Assembly: GCA_964631475.1 (NCBI GenBank)
Contig: CAZVWK010000016.1
Location: 1-29,367 of the forward strand
Direction: 5' to 3'
Length of the DNA stretch: 29,367 nucleotides
DNA from: an uncultured Elusimicrobiaceae bacterium
GTDB taxonomy: Bacteria; Elusimicrobiota; Elusimicrobia; Elusimicrobiales; UBA9959
In this document: positions 8,846 through 16,683 of the stretch, piece by piece
How the letters are laid out: the number at the start of each line of letters is the position of its first letter
Position numbering within the stretch: the stretch's first letter is position 1
Notes under the pieces: generated by a model
The model's input: only the letters and a program-made list of their open reading frames with translations
Databases searched by the model: none
What the model was told of the DNA's origin: nothing
Position numbers and translations under genes: made by a program

Positions 8846-9131
8846 GAAACAAGACCTGAAAAAAAGCTACGCCGCGCAGGCCGCAGTGATCAAGGCCATG
8901 GCTCATCCCACCCGCCTCCTCATACTTAACTCGCTCAAGAAGAGTGAGCTCTGCGTCTGCGAACTGCGCGACCTGGTGGGCGACGACCTCTCCACCGTTT
9001 CAAGGCACCTCCTCGTACTTAAGAACGCCGGGCTTGTCGCCGCGCGCCGCGAGGGGAACTGGCTCTACTACCGCCTCACCTGTCCCTGCGTCCTTGAGTT
9101 TACCGGCTGCATAGCCGGGCTGGCGCGATGA
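8844..9131 (+). CDS. arsR: ArsR/SmtB family metalloregulator
   Basis: Winged-HTH pattern HPTRLLILNSL...ELCVCEL..L......VS.HL..LK.AGLV..RREG.W.YY.L with the ELCVCE As(III)-binding Cys pair. It is the first gene of the ars cluster. The TTG 8805 start used by the ORF track lies inside the promoter and is unlikely. Confidence 0.9.
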   Translation: MKQDLKKSYAAQAAVIKAMAHPTRLLILNSLKKSELCVCELRDLVGDDLSTVSRHLLVLKNAGLVAARREGNWLYYRLTCPCVLEFTGCIAGLAR

Positions 9132-9334
9132 ACTTTAGGGAGGAGCGGCGGACGCTGGCCGGCTTCGCCGCCGTTTTCTTCCTGCTCTATTTCCTGCCGG
9201 TCGGATCGCCTCGCTTCGACGGGGCCCTGACCGAGGCGCTGGAACTCACCAAGTGGTACACCCGCGAGCACGTGGTGCTCTGCCTCATCCCCGCCCTCTT
9301 CATAGCCGGGGGCATCTCGGCCTTCGTCAGCTAG
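9128..9334 (+). CDS. N-terminal two-TM fragment of an ArsP/YraQ-type permease (PF03773-like), ended by an in-frame TAG
   Basis: ATG 9128 overlaps the arsR stop (ATGA). The product has two hydrophobic helices ending LIPALFIAGGISAFVS, then TAG at 9332-9334. It is in the same reading frame as 9341..10429. Confidence 0.6.
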   Translation: MNFREERRTLAGFAAVFFLLYFLPVGSPRFDGALTEALELTKWYTREHVVLCLIPALFIAGGISAFVS

Positions 9335-9340
9335 GCCGCG

Positions 9341-10429
9341 GTGATGAAATACTTCGGCGCTCGCGCCAATAAGTTTCTCTCATACGGCGTGGCCTCGGTT
9401 TCCGGCACAATACTCGCCGTTTGTTCCTGCACCGTGCTGCCGCTGTTCGCCGGCATCTATAAGCGCGGTGCGGGACTGGGCCCGGCCATAGCATTCCTTT
9501 ATTCCGGCCCGGCCATCAATGTGCTGGCCATAGTGCTTACGGCCCGCGTGCTCGGCTTCGAACTGGGCGCCGCCCGCGCCATAGGCGCGGTGGTCTTCAG
9601 CCTGTTCATCGGCCTGTCCATGCACTTCATGTTCCGGCGTGAGGAACATGCCAAGGCTAAAACCCAGTCGGACTTGCCGGAACCGGAAGTGAAGCGGCCT
9701 CTCTGGCAGACATCCCTCTACTTCGCTTCCATGGCCGCCATACTCATCTTCGCCAACTGGGGCGAATCCGATCCTGCCGACCGCGTCTTCCACGCCATAC
9801 ACGGCGTCAAATGGCCGCTGACCGCTTTATCCGCGGTGGCGCTGGGCTTCATGCTGAAGGTCTGGTTCGGGGCCGGCGGCGGAAAACTTTTCCTGGCCGC
9901 TCTCCCGGCGGTAGCCCTGGCTTTTCTCTTCGGCGACCTGCCCATACTTTCCTTCTCGGCCGGCTTCATCGGGCTTTCCTGGGCGCTCAACTCCTCCGGA
10001 GAGGGGGAACTCCGGGACTGGTTCTCCTCCGCCTGGGACCTGTCCAAGCAGATCTTCCCGCTGCTCATCGGCGGCATACTGGTGTCGGGCTTCCTCCTGG
10101 GCAGGCCCGGCCACGAAGGGATAATCCCCTCGCACTGGGTGGTCTGGGCCGTGGGGGGCAATTCCTTCGCCGCCAACTTCTTCTCTTCCGTAGTAGGGGC
10201 CTTCATGTACTTCGCCACGCTGACCGAGGTGCCGATACTGCAGGGCCTGCTGGGCGCCGGCATGGGCAAGGGGCCCGCGCTGGCCCTGCTGCTGGCGGGC
10301 CCCGCTCTCTCGCTGCCCAATATGCTGGTCCTCAGGACCGTGATGGGGGCCAGGAAGACGGCCGTCTATGTCGTCCTGGTGGTGGGCATGGCCACGCTCA
10401 GCGGCATGTTCTACGGTAAGTATTTTTAG
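9341..10429 (+). CDS. ArsP/YraQ-type permease, main part (putative organoarsenical efflux permease)
   Basis: Multi-TM protein with KYFG....K..SYGVASVSGTILAVCSCTVLPLFAGIYKRGAGLGPAIAFLYSGPAINVLAI, which includes the vicinal-Cys CSC motif of the family. No SD lies upstream of GTG 9341 or ATG 9344. Ends with TAG at 10427-10429. Confidence 0.8.
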   Translation: MMKYFGARANKFLSYGVASVSGTILAVCSCTVLPLFAGIYKRGAGLGPAIAFLYSGPAINVLAIVLTARVLGFELGAARAIGAVVFSLFIGLSMHFMFRREEHAKAKTQSDLPEPEVKRPLWQTSLYFASMAAILIFANWGESDPADRVFHAIHGVKWPLTALSAVALGFMLKVWFGAGGGKLFLAALPAVALAFLFGDLPILSFSAGFIGLSWALNSSGEGELRDWFSSAWDLSKQIFPLLIGGILVSGFLLGRPGHEGIIPSHWVVWAVGGNSFAANFFSSVVGAFMYFATLTEVPILQGLLGAGMGKGPALALLLAGPALSLPNMLVLRTVMGARKTAVYVVLVVGMATLSGMFYGKYF

Positions 10430-10438
10430 GAGGGCCTT

Positions 10439-10684
10439 ATGAAAAAGACGATCCAGGTGCTGGGCATGGGCTGCGCCAAGTGTAATAACCTCTACGCGGC
10501 GGCGGAGAAAGCCGCCAAAGAGCTGGGCGTGGAGTACGAGATGGAGAAGATTTCCGATATAGATAAGATAACGGACATGGGCGTCATGCTGACCCCCGCC
10601 CTAGCCGTGGACGGCGAAGTTAAGAGCTCCGGCAGGATCCCTTCCCCGGAAGAGCTTAAGAAGTTCATTGCGGGGGGGGCATGA
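10439..10684 (+). CDS. small thioredoxin-fold protein (redox-active disulfide protein 2 type), CxxC = CAKC; ArsE-like position
   Basis: 81 aa reading KIQVLGMGCAKC...LTPALAVDGEV...G..P. SD AGGAGGG lies upstream. The gene is in the same frame as the preceding permease, separated from it by TAG plus 3 codons. Confidence 0.8.
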   Translation: MKKTIQVLGMGCAKCNNLYAAAEKAAKELGVEYEMEKISDIDKITDMGVMLTPALAVDGEVKSSGRIPSPEELKKFIAGGA

Positions 10685-11262
10685 GCGCCCCGTCCCCGGT
10701 ACTGAAGACGGCCCTCTTTGTTTTCGCGGCGGCCGCGGCCGGTACTATAATCTACAGGGCGGCCACCTCCCCATGCTACGATAAGGAAGCGCCTCCTTCC
10801 GCGGTCTCGGAAGCGGCCCCCGCCGCCGCGGCGACATCGGCCGTGAGCCCGGCCGCGCCGGTGAAAAGGACCGCGGCGCCCGCCGGGTCCGTTTCAGCTC
10901 CCGCGGCCAAACCTGCCGAGGCCGCTAAGACCGCGCTGGTCTATTATTTCTACACCAGCGCGCGCTGCTATTCCTGCAATACGCTGGAGCGCTATGCCCG
11001 GGAAGCCGTGGCCGGCGATTTTAAGGAGCCGTATAAGGGCTGGCGGGTGGAGTTCCGGGGCGTTAACGTGGAGGAGCCTGCCAACCGTCATTTCATGGAG
11101 AACTACAAACTGACCTCGAAAGGCGTGGTGGCGCAGAAATTCGAAGGGGACAAGCCCCTGGCCTGGAAGGAACTGCCGGATGTCTGGCGGCTGCTGGGGA
11201 ACAAGGAGTTGTTCACCGGCTACGTCGTCGGCGAGATACAGGGCCTTCTGGACGCCAAATGA
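10681..11262 (+). CDS. membrane-anchored thioredoxin-like protein (CxxC = CYSC) with a long Ala/Pro linker; resembles what I recall being annotated as the ArsF family
   Basis: N-terminal TM (ALFVFAAAAAGTIIY), an Ala/Pro/Ser-rich linker, then LVYYFYTSARCYSCNTLE.... The start overlaps the upstream stop (ATGA). Confidence 0.65.
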   Translation: MSAPSPVLKTALFVFAAAAAGTIIYRAATSPCYDKEAPPSAVSEAAPAAAATSAVSPAAPVKRTAAPAGSVSAPAAKPAEAAKTALVYYFYTSARCYSCNTLERYAREAVAGDFKEPYKGWRVEFRGVNVEEPANRHFMENYKLTSKGVVAQKFEGDKPLAWKELPDVWRLLGNKELFTGYVVGEIQGLLDAK

Positions 11263-11951
11263 GCGCCGAATTCTGGGCGGCCGCGGCGACGGCCCTGTGG
11301 ACGGGGATCATCACCTCGGTGAGCCCCTGCCCGCTGGCCACCAATATAGCGGCGCTCACTTATATCTCCAAACACTCCGGGTCTCACAAAATGGCGGTGC
11401 TGGCCCAGGGCCTGCTCTACGCCCTGGGCCGGGCGCTGGCCTATATCGTCATCGGCTTCCTAATCGTCAAGAGTCTTCTCTCCGCGCCGGCTTTTTCCTT
11501 CTTCATGCAGAAATACGGCAACCAGGCCCTCTCTCCCATACTGGTGCTGGCCGGCATGTACATGCTGGATATGTTCGGTCGCGGGTTCGAGGGCTTCACT
11601 ATCTTCGATCTGTCTAGGTTCAAGGCCAGGGCGGGGGGCTTCTCCTCCTTTTTCATGGGTTTCATCTTCGCGCTGGCGTTCTGTCCCATCTCGGCAGCGC
11701 TGTACTTCGGGGTTATCATACCGCTGGCCGCCGGCAGTTCCGCGCCTTTCTCGCTGCCGCTGCTCTACGGCCTGGGCACCGCCCTGCCGGTAATAGGCCT
11801 AGCCGTGGCGCTGGACTTCGGTCTCAAGAAGGTCTCCGCCATAACCGGCCTGGCCGGCCGCTTCGAGCATTGGGCCAGGCCCGCCACGGGCTGGGTCTTC
11901 GTCGCCGCCGGCGTCTATCTCGGCCTTAAGTATGTTTTTGCCGTTATTTAG
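11259..11951 (+). CDS. CcdA/DsbD-type thiol-disulfide transporter-like membrane protein; resembles what I recall as the ArsG family
   Basis: Six-TM-type protein with Cys-Pro motifs in TM helices (SVSPCPLATNIAAL and LAFCPISAAL). ATGA overlap with the upstream gene. TAG stop at 11949-11951. Confidence 0.75.
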   Translation: MSAEFWAAAATALWTGIITSVSPCPLATNIAALTYISKHSGSHKMAVLAQGLLYALGRALAYIVIGFLIVKSLLSAPAFSFFMQKYGNQALSPILVLAGMYMLDMFGRGFEGFTIFDLSRFKARAGGFSSFFMGFIFALAFCPISAALYFGVIIPLAAGSSAPFSLPLLYGLGTALPVIGLAVALDFGLKKVSAITGLAGRFEHWARPATGWVFVAAGVYLGLKYVFAVI

Positions 11952-11959
11952 GAGGGATA

Positions 11960-12724
11960 ATGAGCATTTCACACTCTAAGACCCGGTCGCTGGTGCGCCG
12001 GGCTTACGGCACGGTTGCCAGAAAGCCCCGCTCCTGTTGTCCCGGGTCCGACTGCTGCGGAGCGCCGGCGCCCGCCAAGAGCGAAGGTGAACTGGGTCTC
12101 TCCTGCGGCGACCCGGTCTCTTTCTCCGGGATAAAGAAAGGGATGACCGTGGTGGACCTTGGCTCGGGGGCCGGGAAGGACGTCTTCATCGCCGCGCCGT
12201 TGGCGGGGGCCAAGGGCAAGGTCATAGGCGTGGACATGACGCCGGCCATGCTGGCGCTGGCCAAAAAGAACGCCGCGAAGTTCTCGGCGCGCACCGGCCT
12301 CGATAATGTCGAGTTCCGCAAGGGCGTCATCGAGAACCTGCCCGTTCGGGACGGCGAGGCTGACCTTATCATCTCCAACTGCGTCATTAACCTCTCGCCC
12401 GACAAGCCGGCGGTGTTCCGCGAGGCCTTCCGGGCGCTCAAACCCGGCGGAGCCATCGTGGTCAGCGATATCGTTCTAAACCGGGAACTGCCGCCCGCCC
12501 TGAAGAAGCACGCCGGTCTCTACGCCGCCTGCGTGGCCGGGGCGCTGCTGCGCGAGGATTATCTCGGGGCTATAAAGGCCGCCGGCTTTACCGGGTTGAA
12601 ACTGCTCTCCGACCGCCTCTACTCCGCTTCCGGGACCTGCCCGGACCCCATAACGGATAAAGCCGGCAAGGCCCTGGAAGGTTCGGCTTCCAGCATAACG
12701 GTCTGCGCCAGGAGGAAGAAATGA
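11960..12724 (+). CDS. arsM: arsenite S-adenosylmethionine methyltransferase
   Basis: SAM motif VVDLGSGAGKDVF. Cys-rich N-terminus (SCCPGSDCCG), plus ISNCVINLSPDK and LYAACVAGAL cysteines typical of ArsM. SD AGGAGGG lies upstream. Confidence 0.88.
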   Translation: MSISHSKTRSLVRRAYGTVARKPRSCCPGSDCCGAPAPAKSEGELGLSCGDPVSFSGIKKGMTVVDLGSGAGKDVFIAAPLAGAKGKVIGVDMTPAMLALAKKNAAKFSARTGLDNVEFRKGVIENLPVRDGEADLIISNCVINLSPDKPAVFREAFRALKPGGAIVVSDIVLNRELPPALKKHAGLYAACVAGALLREDYLGAIKAAGFTGLKLLSDRLYSASGTCPDPITDKAGKALEGSASSITVCARRKK

Positions 12725-13140
12725 AAAAAATACTGTTTCTCTGCACGGGCAATTCCTGCCGCAGCCAGATGGCCGAAGGGTGGGGGAAGAAACTGCTGGC
12801 CGCCAGGGCGGAGGTCTTCTCCGCCGGCACCAGGCCCGGCGCGGTGGACCCGCGCGCCATAAAAGTCATGGCCGAGGCCGGCGTGGACATCTCGGGCCAC
12901 CGCTCCAAGCGCGCCGACGAGTTTAAGAGCGAGTCCTTCGACCTGCTGGTGACAGTCTGCGACAACGCGCGCGAGAGTTGCCCCGTCTGGTTCGGCAAGG
13001 CGGAGAAGTTGCATAAGAGCTTCGAGGACCCGCCGCACCTGGCCCGGGAGGCGAAGACCGAGGAAGAGGCGCTGGCGCATTACCGCCGCGTGCGCGACGA
13101 GATCCGCGATTTCGTGGCCGGCCTGATGATAAGGAGATAA
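12721..13140 (+). CDS. arsC: arsenate reductase, LMW-PTPase / thioredoxin-coupled type
   Basis: P-loop ILFLCTGNSCRSQMAEGW, plus a downstream Cys pair VCDNARESCP (the C82/C89 equivalents of pI258 ArsC). ATGA overlap with arsM. Confidence 0.9.
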   Translation: MKKILFLCTGNSCRSQMAEGWGKKLLAARAEVFSAGTRPGAVDPRAIKVMAEAGVDISGHRSKRADEFKSESFDLLVTVCDNARESCPVWFGKAEKLHKSFEDPPHLAREAKTEEEALAHYRRVRDEIRDFVAGLMIRR

Positions 13141-13143
13141 ATA

Positions 13144-14235
13144 ATGGAAGCCATAACGAAGAAACTCTCGTTCCTTGACCGCTATCTGACTCTGTGGATT
13201 TTCGCCGCCATGGCCGTCGGCGTGGCAGGCGGCTGGATGTGGCCGCAGGCCGTGGCCGACTTTAACGAGGCTTCCAGCGTGGGCACCACCTCCATCCCGA
13301 TAGCCATCGGCCTCATCCTCATGATGTACCCGCCGCTGGCCAAGGTGAAATACGAAGAGATGCACCGCGTCTTCTCCAATAAGAAGGTGCTGGCCCTGTC
13401 GCTGGCGCAGAACTGGCTGGTAGGCCCGGTACTGATGACGGCGCTGGCGATGATATTCCTGCGAGACAAGCCCGAGTACATGGTCGGCCTTATCATGATA
13501 GGCCTAGCGCGCTGCATAGCCATGGTCATAGTCTGGAACGACCTGGCCCGCGGCGACCGCGAGTACTGCGCTGGGCTGGTGGCCTTCAACTCGGTGTTCC
13601 AGGTGCTCTTCTTTCCCGTTTACGCCTGGTTCTTCATCACGCTGGTGCCCGGCTGGTTCGGCCTGGAAGGCGCCGCCGTCAATATCACTATGGGCGAGAT
13701 CGCCAAAAGCGTCTTCATCTATCTGGGGATCCCGTTCATCGCCGGCATACTCACCCGTTTCTCGCTTATAAAGGCGAAGGGGAGGGAGTGGTACGCGCAG
13801 AAGTTCATCCCTGTCATAAGCCCGCTGACGCTGCTGGCGTTGCTCTTCACCATCGTCGTAATGTTCTCCATAAAGGGCGAGAACATCGTGCAGGTGCCTT
13901 TCGACGTGGTCCGGATAGCTGTGCCGCTGCTTGTCTACTTCGTGCTGATGTTCCTCGTTTCCTTCTGGATGAGCCGAAAGGCGGGCGCGGATTACCCTGA
14001 ATCGGCCACGCTGTCTTTTACGGCCGCGTCCAATAACTTCGAACTGGCCATAGCTGTGGCCATTGCCACCTTCGGCATAAGCCACGGCGCGGCTTTCGCC
14101 GCCGTCATCGGGCCGCTGGTCGAGGTGCCGGTTCTCATCGGGCTGGTCCATGTCTCGCTGTGGATAGGGCGCCGCTGGTTCGGCCGGCCCGGCGCGGACG
14201 GCCCCGCCGCGGCGAAGACGGCGGAAACCCCTTGA
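13144..14235 (+). CDS. acr3: ACR3-family arsenite efflux transporter
   Basis: Ten-TM pattern with [13 protein letters not shown], the conserved [13 protein letters not shown] cysteine box and [21 protein letters not shown] lies upstream. Confidence 0.9.
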   Translation: MEAITKKLSFLDRYLTLWIFAAMAVGVAGGWMWPQAVADFNEASSVGTTSIPIAIGLILMMYPPLAKVKYEEMHRVFSNKKVLALSLAQNWLVGPVLMTALAMIFLRDKPEYMVGLIMIGLARCIAMVIVWNDLARGDREYCAGLVAFNSVFQVLFFPVYAWFFITLVPGWFGLEGAAVNITMGEIAKSVFIYLGIPFIAGILTRFSLIKAKGREWYAQKFIPVISPLTLLALLFTIVVMFSIKGENIVQVPFDVVRIAVPLLVYFVLMFLVSFWMSRKAGADYPESATLSFTAASNNFELAIAVAIATFGISHGAAFAAVIGPLVEVPVLIGLVHVSLWIGRRWFGRPGADGPAAAKTAETP

Positions 14236-14289
14236 AAACCCTGCCCGTATTTTGTGACAATTAGGGTAAACCGGCGGCAGGGAGAATCT

Positions 14290-15201
14290 ATGAACATAAA
14301 ATTAATCAGCGCAAGTTGCGCGGCGGGCCTCGCCGCCATACTCTTCATGTCCGGCTGCTCGGGCCGGAACGAGGCGACCGTGGGAACTCCTTCGAATCCC
14401 CTGGTGGTGGTCCTCTCCCCGGCCTATTCTCCGGCATCCCTGCCGGGCGCGGAGAAGACCTTGCGTGAGCGGTTGGAAAAGGCCTCCGGCCTCACCCTCA
14501 ACCTGCGCGTTGCGGCTTCCCAGTCCGAAGCGGTAAACTCTTTCGCCGCGGGCAAGACCGACGCCGCGCTGCTGCGGCTCGAGGAATACCTGGTTGCCAG
14601 GCAGGAGTACGGGGTCAGCCCGGGGCTGCAGGCGCTGCGCGAGGCCGGGGCTTCCGACTATGAAGCCGTGCTCCTGGCCAGGCAGGACAACAAGACCAGC
14701 CTGGACAGCCTGACTGGCGGGAAAATAGGTTTTGTGGGTCCCTACTCGGTGAGCGGCTTTACGCTGCCTTCCATCTATCTGAAGAAAGCGGGAGAGAGTT
14801 TTATCCCGGTGTTCTCGGCGGGCCACGACGAGAACGTGGAGCGCCTGCTGAATGGCGAACTGGACGCCGCCGCCACCTACGCCCGCTACGCCTCCAAGCG
14901 CAAAGGACTGAAAGTGCTGGCCGTTACCGGCCGTATCCCCAACGAGCCTCTGGTGGTCAGGCGCGGCCTCGACGCGGCCAAAAGGGAAAAGTTGCTGACC
15001 GCTTTCGTTTCACTAGCCGGGGATCCAGAGGGCAGGAAGACCCTCGGAGCGATGGCCGACATAACCGGGTTCGGGCCGGTGGACGCCTCGGTCTACAAGC
15101 CGATACACGACATTATACGCATGGACGGCAAGTCGGTATACGATCTGATCCCGGACGGCTGGAATATATACCGCCTTAACCAGCCTTATTTCCCCGACTG
15201 A
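14290..15201 (+). CDS. PhnD-like (phosphate/phosphonate-type) periplasmic substrate-binding lipoprotein
   Basis: Lipobox LFMSGC. The pattern PLVVVLSP........L...L....G..L.L.V..S.......F..GK.DAA.L, then GFVGPYSVSGFTLP and ...NEPLVVR, is typical of PF12974-type binding proteins. SD GGGAGAA precedes ATG 14290. No terminator separates it from acr3. Confidence 0.7.
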   Translation: MNIKLISASCAAGLAAILFMSGCSGRNEATVGTPSNPLVVVLSPAYSPASLPGAEKTLRERLEKASGLTLNLRVAASQSEAVNSFAAGKTDAALLRLEEYLVARQEYGVSPGLQALREAGASDYEAVLLARQDNKTSLDSLTGGKIGFVGPYSVSGFTLPSIYLKKAGESFIPVFSAGHDENVERLLNGELDAAATYARYASKRKGLKVLAVTGRIPNEPLVVRRGLDAAKREKLLTAFVSLAGDPEGRKTLGAMADITGFGPVDASVYKPIHDIIRMDGKSVYDLIPDGWNIYRLNQPYFPD

Positions 15202-15216
15202 GCCGCCTTCGAGGCC

Positions 15217-15254
15217 AGCCTCCCCGGCTTAACGTCGGGGGAGGCTTTTTTTTG
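15217..15254 (+). terminator. rho-independent terminator closing the ars cluster
   Basis: Stem AGCCTCCCC / GGGGAGGCT followed by T8 (15246-15253). Confidence 0.8.
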
Positions 15255-15303
15255 CCCGGGGCGAAAAAAACGTCCATCTGCTAGACTATTGAGAGGGATT
15301 CTT

Positions 15304-15717
15304 ATGAAGCACAAAGTTCTGATAGTGGACGACGATCCCAATATCAGGCTGGTCCTGAAGGGGATCTTCACGGGCTGCGAGATCAGCGAGGCGCAGGACG
15401 GCAAGGCCGGCCTGGCCGCGATACAGTCCGCCCGGCCTTCCGTGGTCCTGCTGGACCTCAAGATGCCCGTCATGAACGGGATCGAAGCCCTCAAAAAAAT
15501 AAAGGATTTCTCCCATAGGCCGCTTATTTTCGTCCTGACCGGAACCGACGACGTGGAGACCGCGGTTAAAGCCCTGGACCTGGGGGCCTGCGGATATATA
15601 ACCAAGCCTTTCAGCCCCGGGGATATAAAGCGTGTCGTGTTCGCGGCCCTGGCCGAGAAAGAGGAGCAGAACCCGCACCCGGACCGTTTCTGGCGGGTGG
15701 TGGGCAAGGACGAATAG
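15304..15717 (+). CDS. stand-alone response-regulator receiver domain (CheY-like)
   Basis: Receiver residues VLIVDDD, phospho-acceptor context VVLLDLKMP, VLTG and YITKPF. There is no output domain and no kinase gene in the window. An extended -10 TGcTAGACT lies at 15279-15287. Ends TAG TAG. Confidence 0.85.
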   Translation: MKHKVLIVDDDPNIRLVLKGIFTGCEISEAQDGKAGLAAIQSARPSVVLLDLKMPVMNGIEALKKIKDFSHRPLIFVLTGTDDVETAVKALDLGACGYITKPFSPGDIKRVVFAALAEKEEQNPHPDRFWRVVGKDE

Positions 15718-15744
15718 TAGATAAGTGTTGTGCCCACAAAATAA

Positions 15745-15776
15745 AACCCAGGGCCTGCGCTCGGGGTTCTTTTTTT
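15745..15776. terminator. bidirectional terminator between the response regulator (+) and the barrel gene (-)
   Basis: Stem AACCCAGGGC / GCTCGGGGTT (one mismatch, one G-U) with a 4-nt loop. An A-rich run lies upstream and CTTTTTTT downstream. Confidence 0.6.
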
Positions 15777-15790
15777 GTCCTTCGCCTGTA

Positions 15791-16426
15791 TTAGAACTTA
15801 CAACCGACCGAGATGGCCGGGAGGCGGACGATGGAACTGTAGGTGCCGTTGAGCTCGGTCCCAGTGGTTACAGGGGCTTTGTTGCCTGTATGCGATCGTC
15901 TATGGTCCGCTCCATGAACTTCAGGTAGAGGTATGACGCGTCCACGGTCCAGTTTCCTTTGGTCCAGCCGGCGCCCACGGAGACGGCCAGCCGGTTGGCG
16001 TCGGGATTGCGGGTCTCGAAATAGGAGTTCGAAACGTGGCTCAGGTCATAATAGGCGCCGGCGCGCAGTTTCCAGTACTCATTGAACTTATCTTCGCCGC
16101 CTACGCGGAAGGCCCATTTCTGGTTCAGCCTGCGGGTGGCGTAGAAATGCGGGAGGGCGTGTGCCTTGCTCTCGGGCTTGTCGAAGGTGGTGCCCTGCTT
16201 GTGTTCCGTCTGGGGGGGCGACGAAGACGCCGCCCAGGGACATGTTGGCCCCTTCCAGGTCAGTCATGGCGGCCGGGCTGTACCAGACCGCAGAGGCGTC
16301 GTCGGCCACAGCCGTGAAGGCGTTGCCCATGCCGTTGGCGGCCGCGCCCTGGGTTGTCTGCCTGAAGCCGGCGGCGCCGGCATTGGCGGCCATGGCCGCC
16401 ACTATCAGTATCGCGGGTTTTTTCAT
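15791..16426 (-). pseudogene. FadL/PorV-like outer-membrane beta-barrel gene spread over three reading frames (frameshifts at 16212-16218 and about 15887-15895)
   Basis: Frame a (16426 down) gives the signal peptide MKKPAILIVAAMAANA plus GFRQTTQGAAANGMGNAFTAVADDASAVWYSPAAMTDLEG. Frame b (from 16212) reads QTEHKQGTTFDKPES...AFRVGGEDKFNEYWKLRAGAYYD...LAVSVGAGWTKGNWTVDASYLYLKF and stops at 15868-15870. Frame c reads GNKAPVTTGTELNGTYSSIVRLPAISVGCKF and stops at 15791-15793; the terminal Phe is a classic OMP signature. Confidence 0.65.
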
Positions 16427-16620
16427 TGTCGTTTTTTTCCTTGCTCCTGGCGCCGCGCCGGCCGCGTTCAGCCTCGTTCACACCGGAACGGCCGGGGCTT
16501 GTCCGTTTTATTAGTCATGGGCCGGAGGGTGTTTGAGGCAGGTCAAAGTCCCCGGGAGAGGCCGCTTGCCGGGGCGGAGGCCCGGCCAAAGGACCCAGAA
16601 AAAAGGGGGACTTACAAGTC

Positions 16621-16649
16621 TTGACAGGTGAAGCCCTTGATGGTATTAA
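16621..16649 (+). promoter_or_regulatory. sigma70-like promoter (TTGACA - 17 nt - TATTAA)
   Basis: TTGACA at 16621-16626 and TATTAA at 16644-16649. The downstream SD AGGGGA lies 5 nt before ATG 16684. Confidence 0.6.
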
Positions 16650-16683
16650 TATGTATGATGGTAACGCGGTAACAGGGGAACAT

